A DNA stretch of 64,000 nucleotides. Origin: Dimorphilus gyrociliatus. Its lineage: Eukaryota; Animalia; Annelida. Positions 13,982 through 27,542 of the stretch are shown here, in pieces (within the stretch, counting starts at the first letter, position 1; each line of letters begins with the position of its first letter). Both the position numbers and the translations under genes were made by a program. The notes beneath the pieces are model-generated. The model was not told where the DNA came from. It did no database searches and saw only the letters and a list, made by a program, of their open reading frames with translations. The DNA lies in assembly GCA_904063045.1 (NCBI GenBank), contig CAJFCJ010000021.1, forward strand, positions 496,001 through 560,000, written 5' to 3'.

Positions 13982-14744
13982 AAAAATAAATTAGAACTGT
14001 TGTATGCCATGGTATGTTACTTATGTTTCTCATGATTATGTATGCCTGTGTGCGTGGTAGGGTGTCGCGTATATGATTTTTCCGATTGCCTACATATTCT
14101 ATATCTCGCTAATATTATTCTGTTTTTTTTGGTTGAAATTGTGCATTCCAGAATTGTTAACCGTAATACTTTATGTGTGTAGCACCGTAATATTTAAAAA
14201 ACGTTGTAGTTGAATAACGGTAACATATTAGCTAAAGCATGTTCTCTAGGAGGCACATCGTAGGCAAATCTTCTTTATATAATTCCATATATATGTATAA
14301 ATACTAAATACATATATATGTATTATATAGATATATATGAAAAAAAGTTTAAGTACTTCACTATCTTTGATCATGTGTAATAAAACTTCATATTTGTGCC
14401 ACCGTATATCAATCGTTTTCCATATGAAAAATAAGGAAACTATTAACTTCTTTCAAGTCGGTTTGAAAAAAATGCGGTCGAAAATTTGATGTGAATATCT
14501 TTATATTATTAAATAAATTATACTGAGATATTCTATTCAACTTTTATAAATCTTTCGGTACACTTACGGATAAACAGATGGCGTTGTTTCAATAAAACAA
14601 GAATCTTTTTTTATAAAAATAAGTATTGGTATATTAAATAAGACTCGTATAAAATGTAAGAAAGTCTTAAAACACTAACAAATATAAAATAGAATAAAAT
14701 ATTAAATATTTAAATTAATTCTTTAAGATTAATATTTTCAAAGT

Positions 14745-17700
14745 CTAATAATTAGCGCCATAACCGCCGTAATAATCATATTGTCCATCTCCATATTGGC
14801 CATTTCCGTAATTGCCCATGTCTCCGGTATTATATCCCTGCGAATAGTCATTATAATCGTCTTCCTTCTCTTCGTAAAACATAAATTGTGAGCCAGTTTG
14901 GCTGTTAACAACACTTCCAGCAATTTGTCTTTGAATTCCTAAGGTTCCACTTGCCTGCAGTTGACCAATTCCGTATGGAGAATAACCTTGATATTGTTCA
15001 TTAGGATCTCCATTGTACATATTGCTTCCTGTGATAGCAGCAGCGCCTGCGCCATTTCTTCTTGGTGACTTGCTTGGGGCTCGTTTTTTGCCTTTTTGTT
15101 TTTTATTTCTTGGAGGCCTCTCTGGACTCTTTGATTTTGGTGCCGGCTGAATTACTGGCTGAGCTGGAGTCTGGCCCGGATTAACCATCTGAGGAGACAG
15201 ATTTTGATCAATTTGACCAATTTCTCCATCTTTTCCCTTTTTGTTTAATTTCTTGGGATGTTTTCGCAAATAATGCCATCTCGCCAACACTACTATTAAA
15301 CCAATAAGAATAGCACCACCACCGGCGCCTAAACATGCATAAACTATAGTATCTTTGTTATTAGAGTTCAATTTTCGATTTTCGCATCTTTTACCCTCAA
15401 ATTGTGTATGACAGGTACATTTTTGTTCTCCGTTAGCTTCATCTTCGCAAATACCCCCATTCAAACAGTAAGGTACCATATCTTCTCCTTTCAGTGCCTG
15501 AGTTGCATTAGGATTTATTTTCTCCAATTTGCAAAGGGGTATGCATACTTCATTAATTTTGTCTTCAGCTGACGCATCAGTGGACGCTGTGTTTGGGAAA
15601 TATGTTTTCGTGCCATCTATTCCCCTATTTCCCGGACATGTTTGACATTGACTGTTTTTATCATTGAATTGAAATTCGTCATAACCACATTCTGTACAAT
15701 CTACTTTATTTGATGTTGTATTGAAGAACAACTTCTCACCATTATCACAAACTTTGCTTGGTGAGAATGAAAAGACAATTGGTTGACTTTTCGGATCTGC
15801 AGCATCTAAGTCACCAAGCTTTCCTGTGGCCAAAGCCACCTGCAGTCTATCATTAATTTCTTTTAGTAAATCCTCCTTCTTATTGCCTATGGAAGAAGCT
15901 CCAAGGTCATACTCCGCGATGGCACTTCCCTTTCTAAAACCTAAGAATAATAGTTGATATGTAAATGAAATATCAGCTAAACCACTTCTGAGAGCTGATA
16001 AAATGTTATCTTTATTTGTTTCATATGTTGTTGTACCGGGGATAATAAGTTCAGGAGTGTAAACTATGGATGTAAATCTAATAGTAATTCTGAAGATATG
16101 TAAATTAGCCGCTTCTGTACAATCTTTGACGCTTGTGCTTGCCGTGCGTTTAGTTGTATAGAAACCAGGACATTTTTTGCATTTTCGAGCTGGCGAACCA
16201 AGATAGTAACCTTGATCGCATGGTATACACCTATCATCTGTATTTGACCAATGGCCCTTAGTACATATTCGTAGATCGCAGTCTTCTCGCCTTTTCGTTC
16301 CTTCTGTGTCAGTTGTTCTTCCAATCGGACACGCTTGACATTCGTAGGCAAATCTTGTTACTTCCTTAGCAAAATCATTAAAATCGTTATCTTTGTAAAA
16401 GCCAACTGGGCATTTCGAGCAGGTGGTAGTTTTATTGTCCTTAAGATACTCTCCTGATCTACAATAGCTAACACATTCGTCTGTGGAATTAGAGCCTTTT
16501 CTCTTTGTGCCTCTTAATGCTCCGCATGAAATGCACACCGTATTATTAAGCACTTCATTTGATGTTTGATATTTATCGTAATCGCAATCGACACATTTGC
16601 CTGTATCCCCATCCCACTCTTGTCCTGAATGACAATCAGTTTCTCTGCAATCGTCTATGCTAGTACTACCTTCAAAAAGAGTTTGACCTCGGAGAAAGTT
16701 TGTCTTCTCACTACAAGAATAGCACTCAGTCATGAAGGGTGAAAGGAATTCTTTATCGTCTTTATATGTGCCTTTAGGGCAATTTTCACAATCTGAACCT
16801 TTCAAATATTTTCCAGCTGGACAAGAGGCATTACAGAAACTAATGTCTGTGGCGGCTGGCTTTGTTGTGTTGAATCCGGGATCACAAGCGGTACAATTGA
16901 CATCTTGTGTCAAACTAAAACTTCTATAAGTTCCTTGAGGACAATCAACACATTGATCTTGTTCATTTTTACAACCATCACCAATTCTCTTTTGACCGGC
17001 TTTACATTTTATTCGACAACAATCACTAGATGCCTGTGCTCCAGTCTTTGCTGTTGTTTTACCCTCCGGACAGCTCAAACATCTATTATCAATTTTATCA
17101 CGACTGTAAAAGCCGTATGAGCAGTCAACACATTTTCCCCCTGCCCCTAATTGCTGACCACCTGGACAAGCAGTAGAGCATTCCGTAATGGAAACAGATC
17201 CATTTTTTCGGTTGTCCGTTCCAAAAGGACATGGTTTACAATAAGTTTTACCTTTTTCTTCTTGATAGAATCCTGGTTTACACATAGTACACTTACTACC
17301 ATCCCACATTGATCCTTTTTCGCAGTTATCTGTAATAATAAAAATAAAGAACAGGATAATTGTTTTCTCCTTTTTTTTTTAATATAAGAATTTACCATAG
17401 CATTCATCTTCAGCTCGAGCTCCTATGTTATCGGTTGTTTTTTCGTTGGGGCATTTCTTACAGGCACTCTCTGTTGAATCGGTAGAATAAAAACCAACTT
17501 CACAGAAATCACATTTTTTTGTTTCTTTGTTGAAAACTGTTCCAGATGTGCACTTCACACATTTATCACCGGAAACTTGATAGTTTTCATCACAAGAATA
17601 TTCCAAGGAAAAGGAAAATCTAGAAGTGTCAACGTTTTCAGCGCCAGCAATATCCGGCTCATTAAAGACCTCAGTCTGCAGTACCATTTGAGAAATCATA

Positions 17701-20700
17701 TCTTCTTCTCCCTTTGGGTCTGCTAGATTAGTTATAGTGGTAGTAACTAACGGTCTTTCTTGATCAGCGCAGTTTACGTCAATATCAAAATTACAAGTAC
17801 CAGATATACAATGATAAGTATTTTCAGCATTGTCATCCGATTGCTGCTTCGTATTAAATCCCGTAGTAACTCTATTCTTTAAGATATTCTTGACATTATC
17901 CTTACATAATTTACCCAGAAGATGATATCCAAATTTCACAACAGATTTATAGCTAGGAGCTTTGAATGAACTACACTGTGGGAATCTAAATTTCTCATAA
18001 GGTCTTGTACTATCCCAAGTTCCAGTTGGACCACAAGTATAATAATTTGGAGTGTCAACAAGAGGATGGAATGTATCTTGGCACACTAATTTAGCATAGG
18101 CATATAAAGAGTCACGAGCGTAAACAACAGCTCCGTTCTTAGGTGCTTCCGGCATTTCACAAGATGAGCCTCTTACCCAAATAGTAAATTCACATTTCGC
18201 CCTATTTAAATCATCATCTGTGGCAACGTAGATAATTTCTGTGGCACCAAATCCGAAAGCAAGACCAGGTTCATAATTTTTAGCAACGTCCTTAGATGTG
18301 CCTTTAACTATTGGTACTGTCCAGTTAACAACTCCAAAACGTTCAGCATTGTTTGAAACTATTGTAGACGGACAATTTTCAAAAGTTGGTGGCTCTTTGT
18401 CAATTGTTTCATTAACGCAAACTCCATTTTTGAGAAGAAGACCCTCAGGACAATCATTTCGGCCTCTAGTAGATATCAACTGTTTAGAAGCGCCACTTTG
18501 AATATTATACAAATCCCAGTCTTTCGCAATATTTTCTATATCTAGAATGTTTTCAGGTTGAGTGTAGAGTTTGATATAATCATCAGAAAGGAGTTTATCA
18601 TATAATAGAACCAAGCTCATATATCCAAGGAAACCACCATTTGGGACCGATTGCTTAGTGTCTTTATTAAATTTATCACCCAACCTAACCATTAAGTAAT
18701 CGGATAAGATAAAATCTTTAGCAAAGTCTTGCTTGTTTACAACACGAATTGCGTCAATACGAACAACTAATTCTGCGCTATCACCAGACCATTTAACAAT
18801 TAGATTGTGCCATTTTCCGTCATTAAGAAGAACCAAATCAGTGAAATTGGCATTTAATGAAGTGACTACTGAATTTGACTCATTTTTCATTGTAAGCGAT
18901 ATAGATCTCTCATCGATAGTCATAAAAAATCCATCAAGTATATCAAGAGAAGTTTCTGATCTAACTTGATAGGCTGTAAAAAAGTTTCCTGTATCATCCT
19001 TCTCTGCATATCGAAGCCAGACGGAAAATGTAAAACCATCACTACCCATTGCCACTGGAAAGTAAGTGACAGCTGCACTATCTTTTGATCCTCTACCAAA
19101 ATATATATCAAAATTTCTATCTATATCCCTTGCGCAAAGTGGTCCCATTTTACCCGGAGGACAGTTGCAAAATCCTTCATTGATACTGTCGATACATCTT
19201 CCTGGTAGAGGTCCACATTTGATATTAGCACAATCATCGATGTTCGTTTCGCATTTAGTGCCAGTAAATCCTGGAGAACATGTGCATTTGTATTTTTCAT
19301 TAGTTGAGAGTCTAGTGCAGGTAGCTCCGTTTTGACAGATAACAGCTCCCTCTTTACAAAAATCCCTCTCAATATGACAAAAATCTCCAACATAGTTTTC
19401 ATCACATTCGCACTTTACTATTCCCAGTTCAACATAGCATCTACCAGAATTTTTACAAGGATTTGCTACCTCGCATATATCTTTACCTTGACTGCAAAAA
19501 TCACCAAACGTTCCTTGAACGCATGCGCAGTAAAAATTATTTTTTCCAGGTAATGAAAAGCAAGTGGAGCCTTTCAAACATTGATTATGATTGCAATTAT
19601 CAAGAAGATTCTCACAATTTGTACCAGTGAATGAAGATCCACACGTACATTCGTATTCTCCCCTAGTCTTTGGTGTACATGTTCCGCCGTTTAGACAAGG
19701 ATGTGAATCACAGCCATTGATTTCCTTAGAACAGTTCAAACCTTCGTAGCCGTTACGACAATCGCATGTAAAACCACCAAATTTATTTATACATTTTCCA
19801 TTGACACATGGATCAGGTGAACAATTATCTTTCGTCTCATCACAATTTTTACCTGACCATCCAAAAGTACAATTGCATTTATAGCTGTTTTCACCGTCTA
19901 TACATATTCCACCATTCTTGCATGGGTTGTCCTTACAGTCATCTCTGTTGTGTTGGCAATTAAAACCTTCGAAACCAGTTTTACACGATCTACAATCGTA
20001 CAGCAAAGGATATCTTTCATTCCTGCAGGAAATGGAATTGAAAGGATTCTCACAAGGTTCATCTTCAACACATTCGTCGATATCGTGGCACAAGTACCTG
20101 TCCAATGTTCTATAACTACATTTATAACGAACCTCATAATCCTCACAAGTTTTGTTGTTCGTTTGATTACTATTTAAGCACAGTAGACCGAGAGTTATAT
20201 TTTTGCAGTCGTGGATCAGATAATCTACATTTTTAGGATCATCATGAGATAATTTGTTTTTAGCGATTCTACATTCCATATCTAAAATAGCTTCCTTCTT
20301 ACGACTGCAAACTAGGCTACCGTATCTTTTAAGGTGATTATCAACATGTTCCACGTCATCCCCATCTTTCTGGTTGGTATCTCCGTTTAACCATACTGAC
20401 CAAAAGTATTCATCTCTATATCCATCGGGACAGAGACACTTTCTTTGAGCATTTGGATAATCAAAGCGGCATTCGCTGCGTGCTACAGCACAAGGATTAT
20501 TTTTACACACATCCGTTTTAAGGGTTTCGCATCGTTTCTTATTTCCTTCAGCAAAACTAGGACATTTACATTCAAAGCCATTAACTTTATCGATGCATGT
20601 ACCACCATTAAAACACGGATTTGGATCGCAATCATTAATATTCTCAGAGCAATCGTCTCCTGTAAAACCAGCGGCACATGTGCATAATCGTCTTATGTCT

Positions 20701-23700
20701 GCACCTTCTAATTCAATTGCTTTACAAGTCCCGCCGTTCATACAAGGTTTCGTTGTACAGATTTCTGTAACTGGTATATTGCACTTGTCACCCTTATAAC
20801 CTCGGTCGCAAACACATTTAGTAATTTCGTTATTGTTGTATGCCGGATCGAGATCGAGACAACCGCCATTGATTCCACAATTATCATTAGTTACACAATC
20901 GTCTGTTTCATTTCCACAATGTGTGTCCAAGGTATACGAATTTTCTTCAACTTCATTTCTTTGTAGGACGTATGAATCGTCGTTATTTGCTAATTCACTT
21001 TTTTCATCATAGAGAAAGCACAGATTAGTCGCATCATGAACAATAGCCCATTTACACCTATTGTCGGCTTTGCAGAGCTTTGCACAATCGTCTTCCCGTG
21101 AATTCCTCGAGATTTCTTTAATCTCGAAGGCTTCTCCATTAACAACAATCTTCTTCTCTAATTTCTCAATTGTTATTTTTATTCTCTTTTTACACGTACA
21201 TTCGAAATCATTTACTAAATCTTTACAAGTTGAATCGTGCTTGCAAGGTGAACTTGCACAGTCATCTATATCCGTTTCACAGAAACGGCCAGTATATCCT
21301 TTATTGCAAATACAAACTCTAGCTTTGCCGACAGTTTTACATGAACCGTGGCCGTTGCAGAAATTGCTATCAGTTTCACAATCTGTTATTTCAGTACAAT
21401 TCTCTTTAAATTTTGCACCTTCAAACTCTGTAGTGTTAGTTCCATAACAATCTTGACAAATTGTAGATTTGCTATTCTCTGCGAATGTTCCAAAAGGACA
21501 TTTGATACAGGGTTCAAAGCCGTTTGATGAAAAAGTTCCCGGTTTGCATTCATCTTTACAGCCGCTTACATCAGTTACACCTGTTAATCCATTTGTTGAC
21601 GTGCCTGCAGGACAAGGTGAACATAGGGTTGTCGAATTAAAATATTCATTCTGCGGGCATGGGTTACAGGGAGGTAATCCATTTTGCGATGTGTATCCAA
21701 CAGGACATTCATCAAAACACTGCGACTGAGAGAATGCGCCCAAAAAATACGTTGACTTTCCGGCAGGGCAAGGTTTACACTCAGCCGTTCCAGCTTCAGT
21801 TTGATAAGTTCCCACGGGACATTTTTCACATATCCTTTTTTCGTCATTAAACTTGAAACCATTAGGACAGATTAAACATCTATCAACTTCATTACCGTCT
21901 TTTGTTATTTTGACGGTTTGAAAGCCACTTGGACAATATACTCCACTCTTTTCGTCTCTGATAAAATTAAGTCCATTTTTAACTTTTTCCAACTTTGAAC
22001 AACCCGAGAATTCTGGAGTATCTGATATTCCAGCAAAATTCTTAAATTCACTTTGAACCTCGCTAACACAGTTTTCAAGGTTTTCTATATTTTCTGTTCT
22101 CGGTCCAACAGCCACTGTAACTATTACCTTCATTTCATTAAAAGTAGTTTCGAAGGAAATAACTTCAATTGATATTGTTCTACCAAAGCATCTTGAATGA
22201 TCTACTAGCTGGTTTTTAAATGATTCGCTCTTTACGGTATCTTCAAAATATTTATTGAACGTATCCCGGCAGGCGTTTGATATTTGCTTAACTGTGCTAG
22301 TAAGCTTTAGTCTATACAGAAAGTATCCAGACAAAAAGTATTGAATACCGCTAACAGGCTGACAATTATGAATAACGGGAATCAATGTGTTAGGAGGAGA
22401 AAATACATTTGGTTTTGAACCATCAGGTCTCAACTCTTTGTAGCCTTCGTCGTCCTTACATTGATATTTGAACTGTGTTACTGTCTCAAATTGTTCATTT
22501 TGGGAGGAGACTTCTCTATAAAAATACCTGCCATCAGAGCATCTGAAGAGTATTTCAAAGCCATTGTCCACTTTTGTAATACTATTAGCCCTCGCGTTAT
22601 CAGGCTGATTTATAAATTCAGGCCGGCATCGTTCCGCTTTTACTGGTAACAATAGCTTGCAAGAGAGTTTAGTACCGTCGTTGGCAGTTGCAGTATAAGT
22701 TGAAACAAGGGTTTTACCAATGGATGAATATCTTATCTCAAGCTTTTTAGGATCGTATTTTTCACTTATTTTGTTATCTAAGCCTCCTCCTGTAACTTCA
22801 AAAGTCTCAAGATGATTTTTCTTTGAAATTGTGAAAGTTTCGCTAGTACATGTTATTTTTTTTTCATCATTTATCTTCAATCGAATAGTAACTGAACAGT
22901 TCGCCGAATTATTATTGTGATCGTAAGCATACCACATAAGTACAGTTTCCTCACTCGAATCATAAGGCTTACTTAAATCATAACCCTCTACTTCAATTCT
23001 AGCAACTGCACCAGAGTTATCCGTTACATTAGGAAACGGAAGGTCTAAAAGAGTTTGTTTCCTGGCTACAGGTGGTGGTTGCTCCTGTTCACAATTGGTG
23101 AACTTAGGAGGCTCTACATCGACACAGACGGGAACGGTTCCATTCCATTTACCTTCTATACACACTAAAGGTTCAGGAGGATTAGGTGCATATCCCTTTC
23201 TATTACAAGTAAAAGTGGCTAAGGCTCCGTCTTCAAATGAGGTTACATGAGTTTTCCCTTCGTCAGGATGCAATACATCCTTTCCATCGCATTTTGTACC
23301 CTGGCATATCATATTGCCGAAATCCCATTTTCCTGTCTTAGTACAAACGGCTATGGTTGGTCTGTCAGTTAATGGGCCTTTACCTTTTGGCGCGAAATTT
23401 GTTTTGCATTTCACTTCAAATTCAGCTGTGTATGTTGTATTAGTTGGTACTCCATCCACACCTGACAAGAGATCCCTTGATGGAGTTCCACAATCAATGA
23501 CACCACATTCTAAAGAATCTCCAACTAGCCTATAACTTTGCGTACTTTGATCGTAAGCACATTTCACTTTTCGATCTTCCTGTTTGCCAAGTGGAGTGAC
23601 ACACTTAAATGTTAACTCTGTGTTAGGATCATAATTGAATTCTGTTGTTGAATCTTTATAGGTTGGAGGACTTTTATATGATGACTTGTCAAACTTGCAA

Positions 23701-26700
23701 GTGACTGCTGCACAATTAGGCTTTGTTGGTTGTGCGGGAGACCAAAGTCCATTTTTATCACAAGTTATCTCGAAATCTCCACCAACTTTCTCATAACCAA
23801 GATCACATAGGTATGTAATGCTGTCACCAACTTCGTAAGTCTTGGCAGCAATACCAAACAGTTTAAACTTGTCGGCAGCTTCAGGTTTATATATTTCAGT
23901 AAAGTTACACCTCTTCTTTATACATGTATGATTAAATGAAACAACATGCCATGACTGACGGCCATCTTCACCGTCCTTTGTTTCGACTCCCATTTGATCA
24001 TCCTCTTTATAAAGATCATATCCGTCAGGACAATGACAAATGTATCTACCTTCTGTAGGATTTTTATCAGTACAGCAATGACCATTTGTACAACTAGAGT
24101 CACGGTGACAAAGATTAGGATATCTCTCACACTCATTGATTTGAACGCAGGAATTTCCGTCTAACTCATAACCATCTTTGCAACCGCAATAATAGGAACC
24201 AAGAGTGTTTATACAGACACCTCTGTCTCCATCACAAGTATTTGGGTTAGTGCATTCGTCGTAGTCTACACAAAACAAGTCTTTGTCAAACTTCCTATCT
24301 GATCCACACATCGCTATTTGATCTGTAACGTCTGTTCCGTTGAAAACATGTCCTTCAATACAAGAAACTGTAATTTCTTGCTCATATCGAATAGCTCCCT
24401 TGGCCGACGTGGTTGCATTTGGAAAGACAGGAATTGGGCAATAAAGGTAGTCACAATCAGCCTTAGAAGGATCTGATGACCATTCAACCTCAGCAGAGTT
24501 AGATTTGAATCTACAAGCGAAAATAGCTGGTGATTCGGCCGAATATTCAAAACCATCTTCGCATACGTATTTAACTACTGTGCCAAATTCAAGTTCGCCT
24601 GGTAGTCCGGCAGACGTATTAACATACTTTCCGTTTCTAATTTGTGTTCCTAAATTTGGACAAACTGCAGTCCTACATTCAGGTTCTCCGTCCCAACCAT
24701 CGTCTCTGCAAATTGTTTTGCCATTCTTTAGATCAAAACCGCTAAAACATTCAAATTCCACTTGAGCGTTCAATGAAAAGTTTGTAACTGTGGCAAAATC
24801 TTTTACGTGTCCTCTTTTTACATTCTTTATTCTACCACAGTAATAAGGTTCACATTTAGGAATGGATTTCTTATCCCATTGACCACCAAATTCACATGTA
24901 AGATCTATTCTTCTATCAATGTTGTCACTATTTCCGTCTCCAATATATTCTTCTTGAAAAAAGTAATTACCTGCAGCACATTCTAAACTGAACTTTTCTC
25001 TATATTTTCGATTATCAGCGGCAATATTAGCATTTCCGGCACTAGGTTTCGGACAATCTATAAATAAAATTAAAATATTGTGAATTGTTTCTTTTTTAAA
25101 AAACAAACTTACCAATAGACCAGGTAGCTTTAAAACCAGGTTTATCTTTATCAGTCTCTTCACCGAATTCTGTTTTGAACTGAACGAATAATTTCTTCTC
25201 TGAAGAGTAATAACTGAAATCTTTATTTGCTCCAACTCCTTTTGCTCTTTTGAATTTCTCAGGCTTATCTTCTTTCTTATCAAAATTATTAAAAACGGTT
25301 AGCTCATCTTCTCCATATAACGATAGCGCATCCGTAATATCAAATAAGACTGCTTCGGTTGCAGTGATCCTATACTCGCATAAGACCAAACTTGGTATAA
25401 GATCTACAACAATGTCTGAAGAATCAGGGTTGTAAATGACTCCAGGAGATAATATTATTCCAGCAGCTCCATCAATATCGAATTTACAACCTGTTATAAA
25501 CTCTATTTCAAAACCTTTTCCTGTTTCGAGGGAAACAGTATCAAAATGAATAAAGGCAGAATTTGTTGTAGTTGTTATAAATTCGGGCATTCCCTCAGCA
25601 GTTCCAGTGTATGAAATGAGAAGAGTAGCTGCTGCCGATTGACCGTTGTAAATGTTCAATCTATCTTTTGGTCCTAAATCAAAATCGCTTCCTTTTTTTA
25701 GCTGTTGAAAATTGTTATTGATAATTTTATTAAACAAAATAAACAAATAAACGATCTAGAGTAAGAGAGATAGATAATGAATGAAAAATCACTCACTCTA
25801 ATTGTAATTACTGTACGCTTTGATGATCTGATAATCCAAGTATTTTGAGTACCACTGTAATAGTTTTTAGGATAGTTAGGAGATTTTATGACCTTCCAAT
25901 TTCCTTCGGCCGTTTCTTGCTGATTATCTGAAGAACTTCCGTCTTCTGACAACCAATTGGCGACGAATCCTTCTTTTGTAGTATCGGCGTCGGTGTTGAA
26001 TGTGACAATAGCGAAATTATTAGGACTTATATACTGATAAGAGTCGAGGTCACTGCCAGTGACTTCACCAGAAAATGATGCCACGAGTCGACTAGTGCTA
26101 AGTGTTTTTCCTCCCACCCAAACTTCAATGATATCCAAGTTAGCCTCCGTATTAATTTTTGTGAAACTTAGTCTTAACTTTGATGTTGGATCCGGTAATT
26201 CAATAATCCAAATGCAACTCATTTTATTACGGTAACTATTATCATTTGTAGAATCGCGAGTGCTAACTGAACCTGTAGTTGACTTTTTCTTGAAAATGCA
26301 ATTCGCTCTACAAGCGGGACTATCGATGAGTTCGTCACTTCTATCTCCGCAGTCATCTTCTCCGTCGCATAACCATTTCTTTTGAATACATTTTCCACTT
26401 AGACATGTAAAATGATCGGAGAAACAGGCATCCAATTGACAAACAAATGCCTGCTTTGTTCCGCACCAAATATAACTCCAAGGAAACAATTTTTCTAATA
26501 GAACTTCAACGCAATCCTCATTCTTTTTAATAGTTGGTTGGCCATTTACCCATTGACCTTCCCAAATATTAGTCTTTTCGTCCAACCACTTAACTTGCGT
26601 CTCATTTAATTCACCCTTATCGTCTAGTCTATTAAGACCAGTCCAAAAAGCTTTAGGCTTGTCACCGGACTTTTGAAGGACTAGCTCGGAAACTTTGATA

Positions 26701-27233
26701 TTTTCCGTAAGACTTTCAAGTCGAACTAATTCAGCTCCTTCACTGTTTATTTAGAGAAGGCTTTACATCTTAATATTTTATCTTTTAACTACGTTTAAGT
26801 AAGTATAGATTAGGTGGAAAATTTGAGCTTTACCTCTTGCACACTGCTCTCGCTTGGCTCCAAGTTGAGCCTTGATAATAAGCCTTATAACACTTCGAAG
26901 ATATTTCTGTGTAGCCTATTAGATTGAATAATCACGTGATAAGTAGATTGTATGCGCTTAATAATTGCTTTGTATATATTTATACATAGCATAGAACAAT
27001 GTAAATATTAAGCTATTTATAGATATCAACCTGGAGGGCAATCAAGTGAAACTGATGACGGCGGGCTCCATTCTTGGGGTGAAACTCTCAAGCGAATCTG
27101 TAGTTGATTAAGTAAAAGTTTTTTTACAAAATAGCCTAAAGAACAATGAACAAACCTCTTCACGTAATTTATTATAATCCTGCCCATTTGACCACTTAGA
27201 TAGCAGAAAAACGGTTAATATCAACCGTATCAT
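14745..27233 (-). CDS. Giant Uninflatable-like type-I receptor, paralog A (~4002 aa): SP-CTL-LDLa-3xCUB-CCP/EGF-HYR-GCC2/3 (ephrin-receptor-like)-EGF array with PAN and WxxW inserts-LamG/pentraxin-HYR-CCP-GCC2/3 array-SEA-EGF-TM-tail
   Basis: Exons 27233-27156 (signal peptide [17 protein letters not shown]), 27097-27031, 26915-26834, 26742-25797, 25701-25113, 25057-17396 and 17329-14745. These total 12,009 nt = 4003 codons with frame maintained. Domains recognised from Cys/Trp patterns (FWTGL CTL; [20 protein letters not shown] LDLa; [11 protein letters not shown]; [13 protein letters not shown]). TM is [22 protein letters not shown]. Confidence 0.9.
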
Positions 27234-27542
27234 GCTGTTCCACTCGTCAGGGTGTGGACAACTGCGATGTTGAATTCTTAGTCAGTTTTGGCCAAACCCT
27301 TTAGCCAAGACCAACCATGCGAGAAATATTCACGATCACTACCTCGCCCTACAACGCCCTTATTAGGCCATTCGATAGGCTTACTAACAGAGAATTGAAC
27401 GAATGAATGGATATTTTTCTATTGGAAAGTATTGGCCTATAAAACCATATGCATTTATTATTTATATATCTTTAAATCAAAAGAACTGGAATAGAATCGA
27501 TATAATTTAAAATTTATTAGCGTTTGTTTGTTATTTTTTTAA

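Noticed and set aside
17379-25283. ORF-track start MIRKK... for the 2634-aa ORF
   Set aside because: The first ~75 codons are alternative-frame and intron read-through; the true exon begins at the acceptor at 25057.
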